Assembly: GCA_002269645.1 (NCBI GenBank)
Contig: NIVC01003150.1
Location: 1 to 64,000 of the forward strand
From: Macrostomum lignano
Taxonomy: Eukaryota
Direction: 5' to 3'
Length of the DNA: 64,000 bases
Part shown: in pieces, positions 20,227 through 32,310 of the stretch
Layout of the letters: each line of letters begins with the position of its first letter
Numbering within the stretch: the stretch's first letter is position 1
Program-made: the position numbers and the translations under genes
The notes under the pieces: generated by a model
The model's input: the letters and a program-made list of their open reading frames with translations, nothing else
Databases searched by the model: none
Told to the model about the DNA's origin: nothing

Positions 20227-21135
20227 TCAGTCCAGGCCAACGGACGGCAGGTGCCGGTCGGACAGGGCGCCGCTCCGGTGGTAGCGATCCCGATCGCCGT
20301 AGTCACCGTCGGTGCCCTGGGTGGCCAGAGTGGCCGGCTTGGCCGTCAGAGGCAGCTCGGGCACCGCGGTCGGCTTCAACACCAGCTGGCGAGCTTCGTC
20401 ATCATCATCATCATCATTGTCGCCTTCTCCGCCTTCACCGTTAGCATCGCCGTGACCGTGGTGACGCTGACTGGCCGGGCAGCAGCAGCGACAGCAGCAG
20501 CACCGACGAAGCTGCCTAGCCAAGTCGGTCAGCCAGTCGGTCAGGGAGAACTGAGCGGTGATGCCTGGAGCGGCGCCCGGGTAGGCCCGGCCCAGGTAGA
20601 GGTGCAGGGCGGCCAGCAGCAGCACGGCGGCGAGGGCGTACTCCCAGCGGGTGGCAAACATTACGGCCAGACAGGCTATAGCGGTTGCTAAGGAGACCCA
20701 ACGGTTGCTAAGGCTGGCGTAGCGAGCGGTTGACTTGTCTAGAATCGCTGAAGGTGAAGGAGGAACCGCCTGCTGCTGCTTGTCAGGCGAGGCGGAAGAC
20801 TTCACCGAGGCGGCCGAGCCATTCCGCCTGCGCTCGGCTGGAAACAGCTTGTCCAGGTCGCTGCTGCGGGACAGAGCCCGCTGCCTGTTGCCGGCCAGGT
20901 CTCCCGCAGTCTCCGGCCGAGCCGCCGCGGTGGTCACGCTCTTGGCGGCGTCGAAACGCCTGCGCTGACGTTGCTCCAAGTCGAAGGACATTGCCAACGC
21001 GAAATAGGCGTAGTTCACAGCGGCGTAGGTAAGTAGGAACGGCATAGCAACTATTGGACCCAATAAGTTTACGTTGCCAATCAGGATAAATAGCAGGGAG
21101 ATGCTGGCCACAGTTAATAGGGAGTAGACGGGCAC
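20227..21135 (-). CDS. SLC12A8: SLC12A8-like, exon 3
   Basis: PFLLTYAAVNYAYFALAMS and NRWVSLATAIACLAVMFATRWEYAL; acceptor TTTCTCTTTGCCCAG, phase 0. Confidence 0.85.
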   Translation of the reverse strand: MPVYSLLTVASISLLFILIGNVNLLGPIVAMPFLLTYAAVNYAYFALAMSFDLEQRQRRRFDAAKSVTTAAARPETAGDLAGNRQRALSRSSDLDKLFPAERRRNGSAASVKSSASPDKQQQAVPPSPSAILDKSTARYASLSNRWVSLATAIACLAVMFATRWEYALAAVLLLAALHLYLGRAYPGAAPGITAQFSLTDWLTDLARQLRRCCCCRCCCPASQRHHGHGDANGEGGEGDNDDDDDDEARQLVLKPTAVPELPLTAKPATLATQGTDGDYGDRDRYHRSGALSDRHLPSVGLD

Positions 21136-21194
21136 CTGGGCAAAGAGAAACGATTGCTGTTTTATTTAAAAACATTCAAAAGACCAGTAGAAAA

Positions 21195-23722
21195 GCGGGT
21201 CAAATCGGGTCAAGCTAGGTCAAGCCAAGTGAGAAAATCGGTCAAGCTAGGTCAAGCCAGGTGAGAAAATCGGGTCAAGCTGGGTCAAGCCAGGTGAGAA
21301 AATCGGGTCAAGCTGGGTCAAGCCAGGAGAAAAAATCGGGTCAAGCTAGGTCAAGCCAGGTGAAAAAATTGGGTCAAGCTAGGTCAAGCCAAGTGAGAAA
21401 ATCGGGTCAAGCTACGTCAAGCCAGGTGAGAAAATCGGGTCAAGCTACGTCAAGCCAGGTGAGAAAATTAGGTCAAGCTAGGTCAAGCCAGGTGAGAAAA
21501 TCGGTCAAGCTGGGTCAAGCCAGGTGAGAAAATCGGTCAAGCTGGGTCAAGCCAGGTGAGAAAATCGGTCAAGCTGGGTCAAGCCAGGTGAGAAAATCGG
21601 TCAAGCTAGGTCAAGCCAGGTGAGAAAATCGGGTCAAGCTACGTCAAGCCAGGTGAGAAAATCGGTCAAGCTGGGTCAAGCCAGGTGAGAAAATCGGTCA
21701 AGCTGGGTCAAGCCAGGTGAGAAAATCGGTCAAGCTGGGTCAAGCCAGGTGAGAAAATCGGTCAAGCTAGGTCAAGCCAGGTGAGAAAATCGGGTCAAGC
21801 TACGTCAAGCCAGGTGAGAAAATCGGTCAAGCTAGGTCAAGCCAGGTGAGAAAATCGGGTCAAGCTGGGTCAAGCCAGGTGAAAAAATCGGGTCAAGCTA
21901 CGTCAAGCCAGGTGAGAAAATCGGGTCAAGCTAGGTCAAGCCATGTGAAAAAATCGGGTAAAACTAGGTCAAGCTAGGTCAAGCCAGGTGAGAAAATCGG
22001 GTCAAGCTAGGTCAAGCCAGGTGAGAAAATCGGGTCAAGCTAGGTCAAGCCATGTGAGAAAATCGGGTCAAGCTAGGTCAAGCCAGGTGAGAAAATCGGG
22101 TCAAGCTAGGTCAAGCCAGGTGAGAAAATCGGGTCAAGCTGGGTCAAGCCAGGTGAGAAAATCGGTCAAGCTGGGTCAAGCCAGGTGAGAAAATCGGTCA
22201 AGCTGGGTCAAGCCAGGTGAGAAAATCGGTCAAGCTGGGTCAAGCCAGGTGAGAAAATCGGTCAAGCTAGGTCAAGCAAGGTGTGAAAATCGGGTCAAGC
22301 TGGGTCAAGCCAGGTGAGAAAATCGGGTCAAGCTGGGTCAAGCCAGGTGAGAAAATCGGGTCAAGCTGGGTCAAGCCAGGTGAGAAAATCGGTCAAGCTA
22401 GGTCAAGCCATGTGAGAAAATCGGTCAAGCTGGGTCAAGCCAGGTGAGAAAATCGGTCAAGCTGGGTCAAGCCAGGTGAGAAAATCGGGTCAAGCTGGGT
22501 CAAGCCAGGTGAGAAAATCGGTCAAGCTGGGTCAAGCCAGGTGTGAAAATCGGGTCAAGCTGGGTCAAGCCAGGTGAGAAAATCGGGTCAAGCTAGGTCA
22601 AGCCAGGTGAGAAAATCGGGTCAAGCTACGTCAAGCCAGGTGAGAAAATCGGGTCAAGCTAGGTCAAGCCATGTGAAAAAATCGGGTAAAACTAGGTCAA
22701 GCTAGGTGAGAAAATCGGGTCAAGCTAGGTCAAGCCAGGTGAGAAAATCGGGTCAAGCTACGTCAAGCCAGGTGAGAAAATCGGGTCAAGCTAGGTCAAG
22801 CCATGTGAAAAAATCGGGTAAAACTAGGTCAAGCTAGGTCAAGCCAGGTGAGAAAATCGGGTCAAGCTAGGTCAAGCCAGGTGAGAAAATCGGGTCAAGC
22901 TAGGTCAAGCCATGTGAGAAAATCGGGTCAAGCTAGGTCAAGCCAGGTGAGAAAATCGGGTCAAGCTGGGTCAAGCCAGGTGAGAAAATCGGTCAAGCTG
23001 GGTCAAGCCAGGTGAGAAAATCGGTCAAGCTGGGTCAAGCCAGGTGAGAAAATCGGTCAAGCTGGGTCAAGCCAGGTGAGAAAATCGGTCAAGCTAGGTC
23101 AAGCCAGGTGTGAAAATCGGGTCAAGCTGGGTCAAGCCAGGTGAGAAAATCGGGTCAAGCTGGGTCAAGCCAGGTGAGAAAATCGGGTCAAGCTGGGTCA
23201 AGCCAGGTGAGAAAATCGGTCAAGCTGGGTCAAGCCAGGTGAGAAAATCGGTCAAGCTGGGTCAAGCCAGGTGAGAAAATCGGTCAAGCTAGGTCAAGCA
23301 AGGTGTGAAAATCGGGTCAAGCTGGGTCAAGCCAGGTGAGAAAATCGGGTCAAGCTGGGTCAAGCCAGGTGAGAAAATCGGTCAAGCTGGGTCAAGCCAG
23401 GTGAGAAAATCGGTCAAGCTACGTCAAGCCAGGTGAGAAAATCGGGTCAAGCTAGGTCAAGCCAGGTGAGAAAATCGGTCAAGCTGGGTCAAGCCAGGTG
23501 AGAAAATCGGTCAAGCTAGGTCAAGCCAGGTGAGAAAATCGGTCAAGCTGGGTCAAGCCAGGTGAGAAAATCGGTCAAGCTGGGTCAAGCCAGGTGAGAA
23601 AATCGGTCAAGCTGGGTCAAGCCAGGTGAGAAAATCGGTCAAGCTGGGTCAAGCCAGGTGAGAAAATCGGTCAAGCTAGGTCAAGCCAGGTGAGAAAATC
23701 GGGTCAAGCTAAGTCAAGTCGG
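21195..23722. repeat. 32-33-bp satellite, ~2.5 kb, in SLC12A8 intron 2
   Basis: Unit GTCAAGCT(A/G)GGTCAAGCCAGGTGAGAAAATCG(G). Confidence 0.97.
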
Positions 23723-23834
23723 GAAAGAAACCGGGTCCCCTTGGTCAGTAAATCGAGTGGATAAAGTATATAAATCGGTTCAAGAAGCAAACGGAAGCAA
23801 ACAAATAGTGGAACAGATCAAGCCCAACACAAAC

Positions 23835-24557
23835 CTGCACAGAGAACTTGCGAACAGCCAGGGGTTCCATGAAAGCCAATTTCGTATCAGCGGCTATTGC
23901 CGACAAAATTCTACAGGCGCCGGACATGCCACCGAGAGCGGCGCTGAGCGCGCTAACGTAGAGGCCGCACAGGAATAGCGGGCCAAGCAGGGATACCTTC
24001 TGAGCGATGGCGTAGTCTGTTAGCAGAGCCTGACGGTAGCAGGTGGCGCCCAGCACCATGGCGAAGGTGAGGTACAGCAGGCAGCTGGCGCCGATAGCGC
24101 ACAGGCTGCCGAGCGGTATGTTGCGCTTCGGATCGCGCAGATCTGCGCACATATTAACGCCGGACATGACGCCAGTTATAGTTGGAAAGAATACACCAAG
24201 CACAGTGAAGAAACCATTAACGGAGTCATTGTCGACGTGGTACCCATGGTTGCTAGGTGGAAAAGTGTTGTTACTAAGGACGCCAGCTGAGTAGCCCGCA
24301 AAGCCGACTGGATGGCGCCAATTAGCGAAGGAGCCGAGCAGGAAGTCCAGCACAGCGGCCAGCAGCACTGCCAGCAGGGCCAGCTGCAGTCGGACAACCC
24401 ACTTCACCCCGGCCGCGTTGACGCCGACCAGGCCGACAGTGACGGCGACGGCGAATCCGCGGGCTGCCCAGGCTGCCGACGTTGACGACGGCGCCAGCGG
24501 GAGCAGAGAGGCGGCCGATTCGCCCAAGCCGACGGCGTTCAGAGAGGCACCGATGGT
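23835..24557 (-). CDS. SLC12A8: SLC12A8-like, exon 2
   Basis: FFTVLGVFFPTITGVMSGVNMCADLRDPKRNIPLGSL; AG acceptor 24558-24559 and GT donor 23834-23833, both phase 0. Confidence 0.85.
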
Positions 24558-25341
24558 CTGCGAAAGTGCAGAGTGTACTTTTCATTAGCGGACAGCACGC
24601 TTGTGGACTGAATGATTCATTCTATTTATTCCACTTCTTGCGAGGCCGGAAAAGGGCCGATTTGTAGGACTAATGGTGATTTCCAGAATCTCAGCATTGA
24701 GCAACCGGGCCATTCGCAAAGCGCATTTGTCCAAAGAGGTCTATCAAATTTGCTTGCGAGAAGTTTGCTTGCGAAATTTTGCTTGCAGGAAATTTGCTTG
24801 CAGGAAATTTGCTTGCTGCACATAAGCTCGCCGAAGTCTGCTTGCAGAAATTTTGCTTGCCGAGGTTTGCCAGCCAGTTTTCTTGCGGAACCTTAAAGAA
24901 CCTATTTTTGAGCTCTTGTATTTCTAATTTTCATCCATTGTACAAAAATCATTTTCTAAGATTTGTGGAAGTCGCCTATAGTGTTATGACTTTGTATGAG
25001 AATATAGCGGATTTGAAAAGCCCTAACGCAGAAATGGAATAATTTAGTTTTTTACTCACAAGCAATCAACTTCCAACTTGACAAGCAATTAAAGCAAGCA
25101 AGCAAGAAGACATCAAAATTCCTGCAAGCAAACTTCGGCAAGCAAAATTCTTGCAAGCAAACTTCATACTTCCCAATCAATCTACTCGTACTAATCTCTT
25201 AATCCTATCAACCAATTAAAATACGAACAAACAGTATCAATCCTATGTATCAAATAATCTATCTACCTATCTGTCTATCTACCCTGCCTTATCTATTTAT
25301 CTAGCTGCCTATGAATCAATAAATCAATCAACCCATCTCAC

Positions 25342-25767
25342 CTGAGCCAGGCAGTACATCAGGCCGATAGCCGCAGCCCGCCGGCCGCCCAGCACGCGGC
25401 CCAGCAGCGGATAGACTCCGCAGGCCTCGGCGCCGCAGCGCTCCAGCACGCCAATAACGCTGAGCACGGAGAACAGGGCCACGGACACGGGTATGAGGAT
25501 GACCAGCAAGCCCAGAAGCAGGCCGGCATTGCCAACAACCCAGCCGGTGCGCAGAAACACCACCATGCCGACCGTGTTCAACAGGCAGGTGGTGAACACA
25601 CCGTCCCAGGTGCCGAATTTCACTGATTCGCCGAATCGAAGCAGGAAATTGGCCCGCCACCAGGGCAGCGCGGAGTCGTGGCCCTCCTCACAGAACAGCT
25701 CGCCTTCTCGAACAGGCGGCGCGGCAGGGCTGACGCCGCCGTTCAGCAGCACGTCTCGCTCGCTCAT
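25342..25767 (-). CDS. SLC12A8: SLC12A8-like cation-chloride cotransporter, exon 1
   Basis: KFGTWDGVFTTCLLNTVGMVVFLRTGWVVGNAG; GT donor after CAG at 25342 (phase 0). Confidence 0.85.
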
Positions 25768-25919
25768 TTATATTAGATGTTCCCTAGTTCTTGTTCCCTT
25801 GAGCTGAGCATTGCGACAGACATGCAATAAATTAAGTTTGGCTTATAAGCTACTTTTACCAGTCTCTGATGCGCATTCTAAATAAGGGACGAGAAGGAGA
25901 GGAGACAAGCAGCTCATTC

Positions 25920-26868
25920 CGCTGACCCTGAGAACGGATAAGTATGCAGGCACACGCTCACATAGGGTGTACAGCAGCCCTCAAACTAGCCCCAAAACTA
26001 ATGTGACCGCTTGTGTAACTTGAGCACTGTGTCTCGACAGTCAGACACAGACCCTCATGGGTATCCCAACTAATACTGGGTGAATTGAAGCAATGCAGGG
26101 TGAAGTGTCTTGCTCAAGGACACTAATAGTTCCAACAAGTCAAGAATTGAACCCTTGACCTTTTAGCCGTTAAGTCCGAGGCCCAAACCAGCAGGCTTCC
26201 AGTGAGTCGAGAATTGAACCCTTGACCTTTTAGACGTTAAGTCCGAGGCCCAAACCAGCAGGCTTCCAGTGAGTCGAGAATTGAACCCTTGACCTTTTAG
26301 ACGTTAAGTCCGAGGCCCAAACCAGCAGGCTTCCAGTGAGTCGAGAATTGAACCCTTGACCTTTTAGACGTTAAGTCCGAGGCCCAAACCAGCAGGCTTC
26401 CAGTGAGTCGAGAATTGAACCCTTGACCTTTTAGACGTTAAGTCCGAGGCCCAAACCAGCAGGCTTCCAGTGAGTCGAGAATTGAACCCTTGACCTTTTA
26501 GACGTTAAGTCCGAGGCCCAAACCAGCAGGCTTCCAGTGAGTCGAGAATTGAACCCTTGACCTTTTAGACGTTAAGTCCGAGGCCCAAACCAGCAGGCTT
26601 CCAGTGAGTCGAGAATTGAACCCTTGACCTTTTAGACGTTAAGTCCGAGGCCCAAACCAGCAGGCTTCCAGTGAGTCGAGAATTGAACCCTTGACCTTTT
26701 AGACGTTAAGTCCGAGGCCCAAACCAGCAGGCTTCCAGTGAGTCGAGAATTGAACCCTTGACCTTTTAGACGTTAAGTCCGAGGCCCAAACCAGCAGGCT
26801 TCCAGTGAGTCGAGAATTGAACCCTTGACCTTTTAGTCGTTAAGTCCGAAGCCCAAACCAGAAGGCTA
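25920..26868 (-). mobile_element. tRNA-derived CORE-like SINE with its 67-bp head tandemly amplified ~11 times (26143-26868)
   Basis: Unit on the minus strand contains GGTTCAATTC (B-box); the array is followed by GTGTCCTTGAGCAAGACACTTCAC, as in the SINE at 95-330. Confidence 0.7.
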
Positions 26869-27130
26869 CAAATCCTATTTTAACTACTGAATAAGTTCTG
26901 AAACAAGTAGTATGCAGTGGAAAATAAAAAACGCTGACACAGCTGTTTCTTTCCAACAAACAGCTAATCGCGCGCTATTCTCAGGTACGCACTCTTCAAA
27001 TCGTTTACTTTCTCACAGCGAGGTCTCACAACCAGCTCAATGCAAAACTGAAAAAAGGTTCAAACAGACAATTCTCTCCCGATTCGATAGAAGCGGACAG
27101 ACTTAGTCTGCTCAACCGGCAGCTGCCTTC

Positions 27131-27286
27131 TTACAACCTCAGCTTGGTGCGGCGCCAGTGACGCCTTTTCGCGTTGTACCTGACCGTGTTTCCTGTGCGC
27201 ATGCGGACCCACTGCGGCACAGGCCTGTTCACCTTCTGCTTGCGGGCCAGCTTCATCTTCATGCGGAACGTCTTGTGGGACGGCAT
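27131..27286 (-). CDS. RPL39: 60S ribosomal protein L39 (51 aa, intronless)
   Basis: Hand translation [51 protein letters not shown]; too short for the ORF track. Confidence 0.96.
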   Translation of the reverse strand: MPSHKTFRMKMKLARKQKVNRPVPQWVRMRTGNTVRYNAKRRHWRRTKLRL

Positions 27287-27425
27287 GACGGCATGCATTC
27301 ATTTATAAGTAATTTGAGCAACTGGAGTACAAATGGAGCTGGGGAGAACAACGGGCGTTGAGTGATTTTTAAAGGAATTTATCAAATAGATAACAATGAA
27401 CCACTCGGTAGTCTCTCGCTAGTAA

Positions 27426-27524
27426 TTTAGCTGCTTATCTACCTATTAGTTGATCTATCTCTATCCATCTATCTATCTATCTACCTATCTATCTATCTAT
27501 CTATCTACCTATCTATCTATCTAC

Positions 27525-27561
<37 letters not shown>

Positions 27562-27582
27562 CATCTATCTATCTATCTATCC

Positions 27583-27659
<77 letters not shown>

Positions 27660-27742
27660 CCTATCATCTATCATCTATCTACCTATCTATCTATCTATCT
27701 ATCTATCTATCCATCTATCTATCTATCTATCTATCTATCTAC

Positions 27743-27773
<31 letters not shown>

Positions 27774-27804
27774 CCTATCTATCTATCTATCTATCTATCC
27801 ATCA

Positions 27805-27839
<35 letters not shown>

Positions 27840-27840
27840 C

Positions 27841-27925
<85 letters not shown>

Positions 27926-27978
27926 CCTATCATCTATCATCTATCTACCTATCTATCTATCTATCTATCTATCTATCC

Positions 27979-28011
<33 letters not shown>

Positions 28012-28012
28012 C

Positions 28013-28081
<69 letters not shown>

Positions 28082-28127
28082 CATCTATCTATCTATCTAT
28101 CTATCTACCTATCATCTATCATCTATC

Positions 28128-28214
<87 letters not shown>

Positions 28215-28243
28215 CATCTATCTATCTATCTATCTATCTATCC

Positions 28244-28334
<91 letters not shown>

Positions 28335-28335
28335 C

Positions 28336-28366
<31 letters not shown>

Positions 28367-28412
28367 CATCTATCTATCTATCTATCTATCTACCTATCAT
28401 CTATCATCTATC

Positions 28413-28487
<75 letters not shown>

Positions 28488-28568
28488 CATCTATCTATCT
28501 ATCTATCTATCTATCCATCTATCTATCTATCTATCTATCTATCTACCTATCATCTATCATCTATCTAC

Positions 28569-28605
<37 letters not shown>

Positions 28606-28630
28606 CATCTATCTATCTATCTATCTATCC

Positions 28631-28707
<77 letters not shown>

Positions 28708-28760
28708 CCTATCATCTATCATCTATCTACCTATCTATCTATCTATCTATCTATCTATCC

Positions 28761-28797
<37 letters not shown>

Positions 28798-28798
28798 C

Positions 28799-28867
<69 letters not shown>

Positions 28868-28913
28868 CATCTATCTATCTATCTATCTATCTACCTATCA
28901 TCTATCATCTATC

Positions 28914-28980
<67 letters not shown>

Positions 28981-29009
28981 CATCTATCTATCTATCTATC
29001 TATCTATCC

Positions 29010-29080
<71 letters not shown>

Positions 29081-29081
29081 C

Positions 29082-29112
<31 letters not shown>

Positions 29113-29158
29113 CATCTATCTATCTATCTATCTATCTACCTATCATCTATCATCTATC

Positions 29159-29217
<59 letters not shown>

Positions 29218-29298
29218 CATCTATCTATCTATCTATCTATCTATCCATCTATCTATCTATCTATCTATCTATCTACCTATCATCTATCATCTATCTAC

Positions 29299-29339
<41 letters not shown>

Positions 29340-29360
29340 CATCTATCTATCTATCTATCC

Positions 29361-29453
<93 letters not shown>

Positions 29454-29506
29454 CCTATCATCTATCATCTATCTACCTATCTATCTATCTATCTATCTAT
29501 CTATCC

Positions 29507-29539
<33 letters not shown>

Positions 29540-29854
29540 CCTATCATCTATCATCTATCTACCTATCTATCTATCTATCTATCTATCCATCTATCTATCT
29601 ATCTATCTATCTACCTATCATCTATCATCTATCTACCTATCTATCTATCTATCTATCTATCCATCTATCTATCTATCTATCTATCTACCTATCATCTATC
29701 ATCTATCTACCTATCTATCTATCTATCTATCTATCCATCTATCTATCTATCTATCTATCTACCTATCATCTATCATCTATCTACCTATCTATCTATCTAT
29801 CTATCTATCTATCCATCTATCTATCTATCTACCTATCATCTATCATCTATCTAC

Positions 29855-29891
<37 letters not shown>

Positions 29892-29901
29892 ATCTATCTA
29901 C

Positions 29902-29948
<47 letters not shown>

Positions 29949-29949
29949 C

Positions 29950-29993
<44 letters not shown>

Positions 29994-30015
29994 TTATCTA
30001 TTTATCTATCTATCC
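27426..30015. repeat. (ATCT)n/(GATA)n microsatellite, ~2.6 kb
   Basis: Direct reading; interspersed ATCC, ACCT and ATC variants. Confidence 0.99.
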
Positions 30016-30560
30016 ACACTTTAAATTATCAAAGCTATAAACAACAAAATCGGATAGCAGTTTGATAACATTACAATGGCATACTATTAAAGCGGCAATC
30101 TAAAAAGTAAAACGGATTATGTTAGAGCTAATGAAGGCAATGGCTAATGAAGACAAAGCTTCAATCTTTGGCAATAGAAAAAACACAATTGAGAACCAAT
30201 GGTGAGAATATTGATTACTTTGATTTGTTTGATTTGTTTTCTTTTAAAAATTGGAACAACCTTACTAATGACACACTGTAAAAGCGTAATTTTACTACAA
30301 TACTGCAGAAAATTATTCAGCAAAAATGTTCACTGGAATAGTATAACGTCGTCACAATGGCAGAAAAACAGGACATGGCAAAAGTTAAAAAAGAGTACAT
30401 AAAGGACTTCGATACGAGAGAAGAAGTATAGTTACTGGGTGATTATTCAAAAATCTAGAATATAAAAAATAAACTAAAAAACAGGTTTTAAAACAAAATG
30501 GCAGATTATTGAGCTCGAAATTCGCAGTCAGTCAGCATGGCAAATATCAAATAGCATCAT

Positions 30561-30836
30561 TCATTCTTTAACTGTGACGCCAACCGCCGCCAGACTGCTG
30601 CTATCGCACCGGTCGAGCACGCTGCAAACAAACTGACCTGTGCGGTCTCGCAGTTCGGTTTCCATAGCAACCACCCCGCCTACATAGGGGTGCTCCAGTA
30701 ACTGGGGAAGTCGCCAACGATCATTCGCCTTCTTGGCCAAACAGCAGGATAAAAAGTCGTTCAGCTCCTGTGGGAACCGGCCGGCTGCGGCCTCGGCCGA
30801 AAGCGACGGTGGCGGGCCTTCGGTCAGGTGCTGCAC
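30561..30836 (-). CDS. MAP2K, last exon
   Basis: VQHLTEGPPPSL...ELNDFLSCCLAKKANDRWRLPQLLEHPYV; phase-0 acceptor at 30837-30838. Confidence 0.85.
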   Translation of the reverse strand: MQHLTEGPPPSLSAEAAAGRFPQELNDFLSCCLAKKANDRWRLPQLLEHPYVGGVVAMETELRDRTGQFVCSVLDRCDSSSLAAVGVTVKE

Positions 30837-30914
30837 CTGCGCAGTGGAAGGGGGCGGTAGAGTTAGCGAATGCCTGCCGACTGATCTCACAGTTAGTAGC
30901 GTATGCAGCTTCCT

Positions 30915-31890
30915 CCGTGGGTGTCATACTGGTTCATCAGTTGGTGTCATACTGGTTCATCAGTTGGTGTCATACTGGTTCATCAGTGGGTGTCATACTG
31001 GTTCATCAGTGGGTGTCATACTGGTTCATCAGTGGGTGTCATACTGGTTCATCAGTGGGTGTCATACTGCTCATCAGTGGGTGTCATACTGCTCATCAGT
31101 GGGTGTCATACTGGTTCATCAGTGGGTGTCATACTGCTCATCAGTGGGTGTCGTACTGCTCATCAGTGGGTGTCATACTGCTCATCAGTGGGTGTCATAC
31201 TGCTCAATGCTCATCAGTGGGTGTCATACTGCTTATCAGTGGGTGTCATACTGCTCAATGCTCATCAGTGGGTGTCATACTGCTCATCAGTGGGTGTCAT
31301 ACTGCTCAATGCTCATCAGTGGGTGTCGTACTGCTCATCAGTGGGTGTCATACTGCTCATCAGTGGGTGTCATACTGCTCAATGCTCATCAGTGGGTGTC
31401 ATACTGCTCATCAGTGGGTGTCATACTGCTCAATGCTCATCAGTGGGTGTCATACTGCTCATCAGTGGGTGTCATACTGCTCAATGCTCATCAGTGGGTG
31501 TCATACTGCTCATCAGTGGGTGTCATACTGCTCATCAGTGGGTGTCATACTGCTCAATGCTCATCAGTGGGTGTCATACTGCTCATCAGTGGGTGTCATA
31601 CTGCTCAATGCTCATCAGTGGGTGTCATACTGCTCATCAGTGGGTGTCATACTGCTCAATGCTCATCAGTGGGTGTCATACTGCTCATCAGTGGGTGTCA
31701 TACTGCTCATCAGTGGGTGTCATACTGCTCAATGCTCATCAGTGGGTGTCATACTGCTCATCAGTGGGTGTCATACTGCTCATCAGTGGGTGTCATACTG
31801 CTCAATGCTCATCAGTGGGTGTCATACTGCTCATCAGTGGGTGTCATACTGCTCAATGCTCATCAGTGGGTGTCATACTGCTCATCAGTC
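30915..31890. repeat. 22/30-bp minisatellite in a MAP2K intron
   Basis: Unit CATCAGTGGGTGTCATACTGCT with optional CAATGCT. Confidence 0.95.
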
Positions 31891-31912
31891 ACAAGCAAAC
31901 TATTCAAGCTAC

Positions 31913-32201
31913 CTGATGAAAGGGATTCTTCCACGAGCCGTAGGGATGGGCGCCGGACGCCAGCTCCAGCAAGCTGATGCCCAGAGACCACACGTCCGAG
32001 GCGGTGGTGAAGCCGGGCTCATCGCCGGCACCAAGGCCTCCTCCGGTTGCCATGGAGATAGAAACTCTCTCCGGGGCAACGTACAGTTGGCAGCCAACGT
32101 TTGACTTGGCGATGCTATTTTTAAGAATGCCAGCAACGCCAAAGTCGCAGAGTTTCACTTGGCCAGACCGATTAATAAGCATGTTGCTGGGCTTGATGTC
32201 T
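31913..32201 (-). CDS. MAP2K, middle exon
   Basis: Splices to HRDIKPSNMLINRSGQVKLCDFG; activation loop NSIAKSNVGCQLYVAPER; SDVWSLGISLLEL. Confidence 0.9.
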
Positions 32202-32310
32202 CTGGAATTGCGTTGCCATTGCGAATCCGTCTAACTGGTAAGACTTCTTCAACAGTGGGAACGGCTAAATATCTAAGGGTCGATTCTGGTTGGGGAGCTT
32301 AGGTGCAAAC

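Noticed and set aside
24749-25165. TTTGCTTGC repeats in inverted arrangement, possibly a MITE
   Set aside because: I could not define termini or a TSD.
26143-26868. CRISPR-like appearance of regular repeats
   Set aside because: There are no unique spacers, no cas genes, and the context is eukaryotic.
27450-30065. 871-aa ORF and other long ORFs over arrays (18035-18749, 30733-32104, 32356-34819, 52900-54212, 56891-58571, 60518-61136)
   Set aside because: These are stop-free translations of micro- or minisatellites, mostly inside introns, and not genes.
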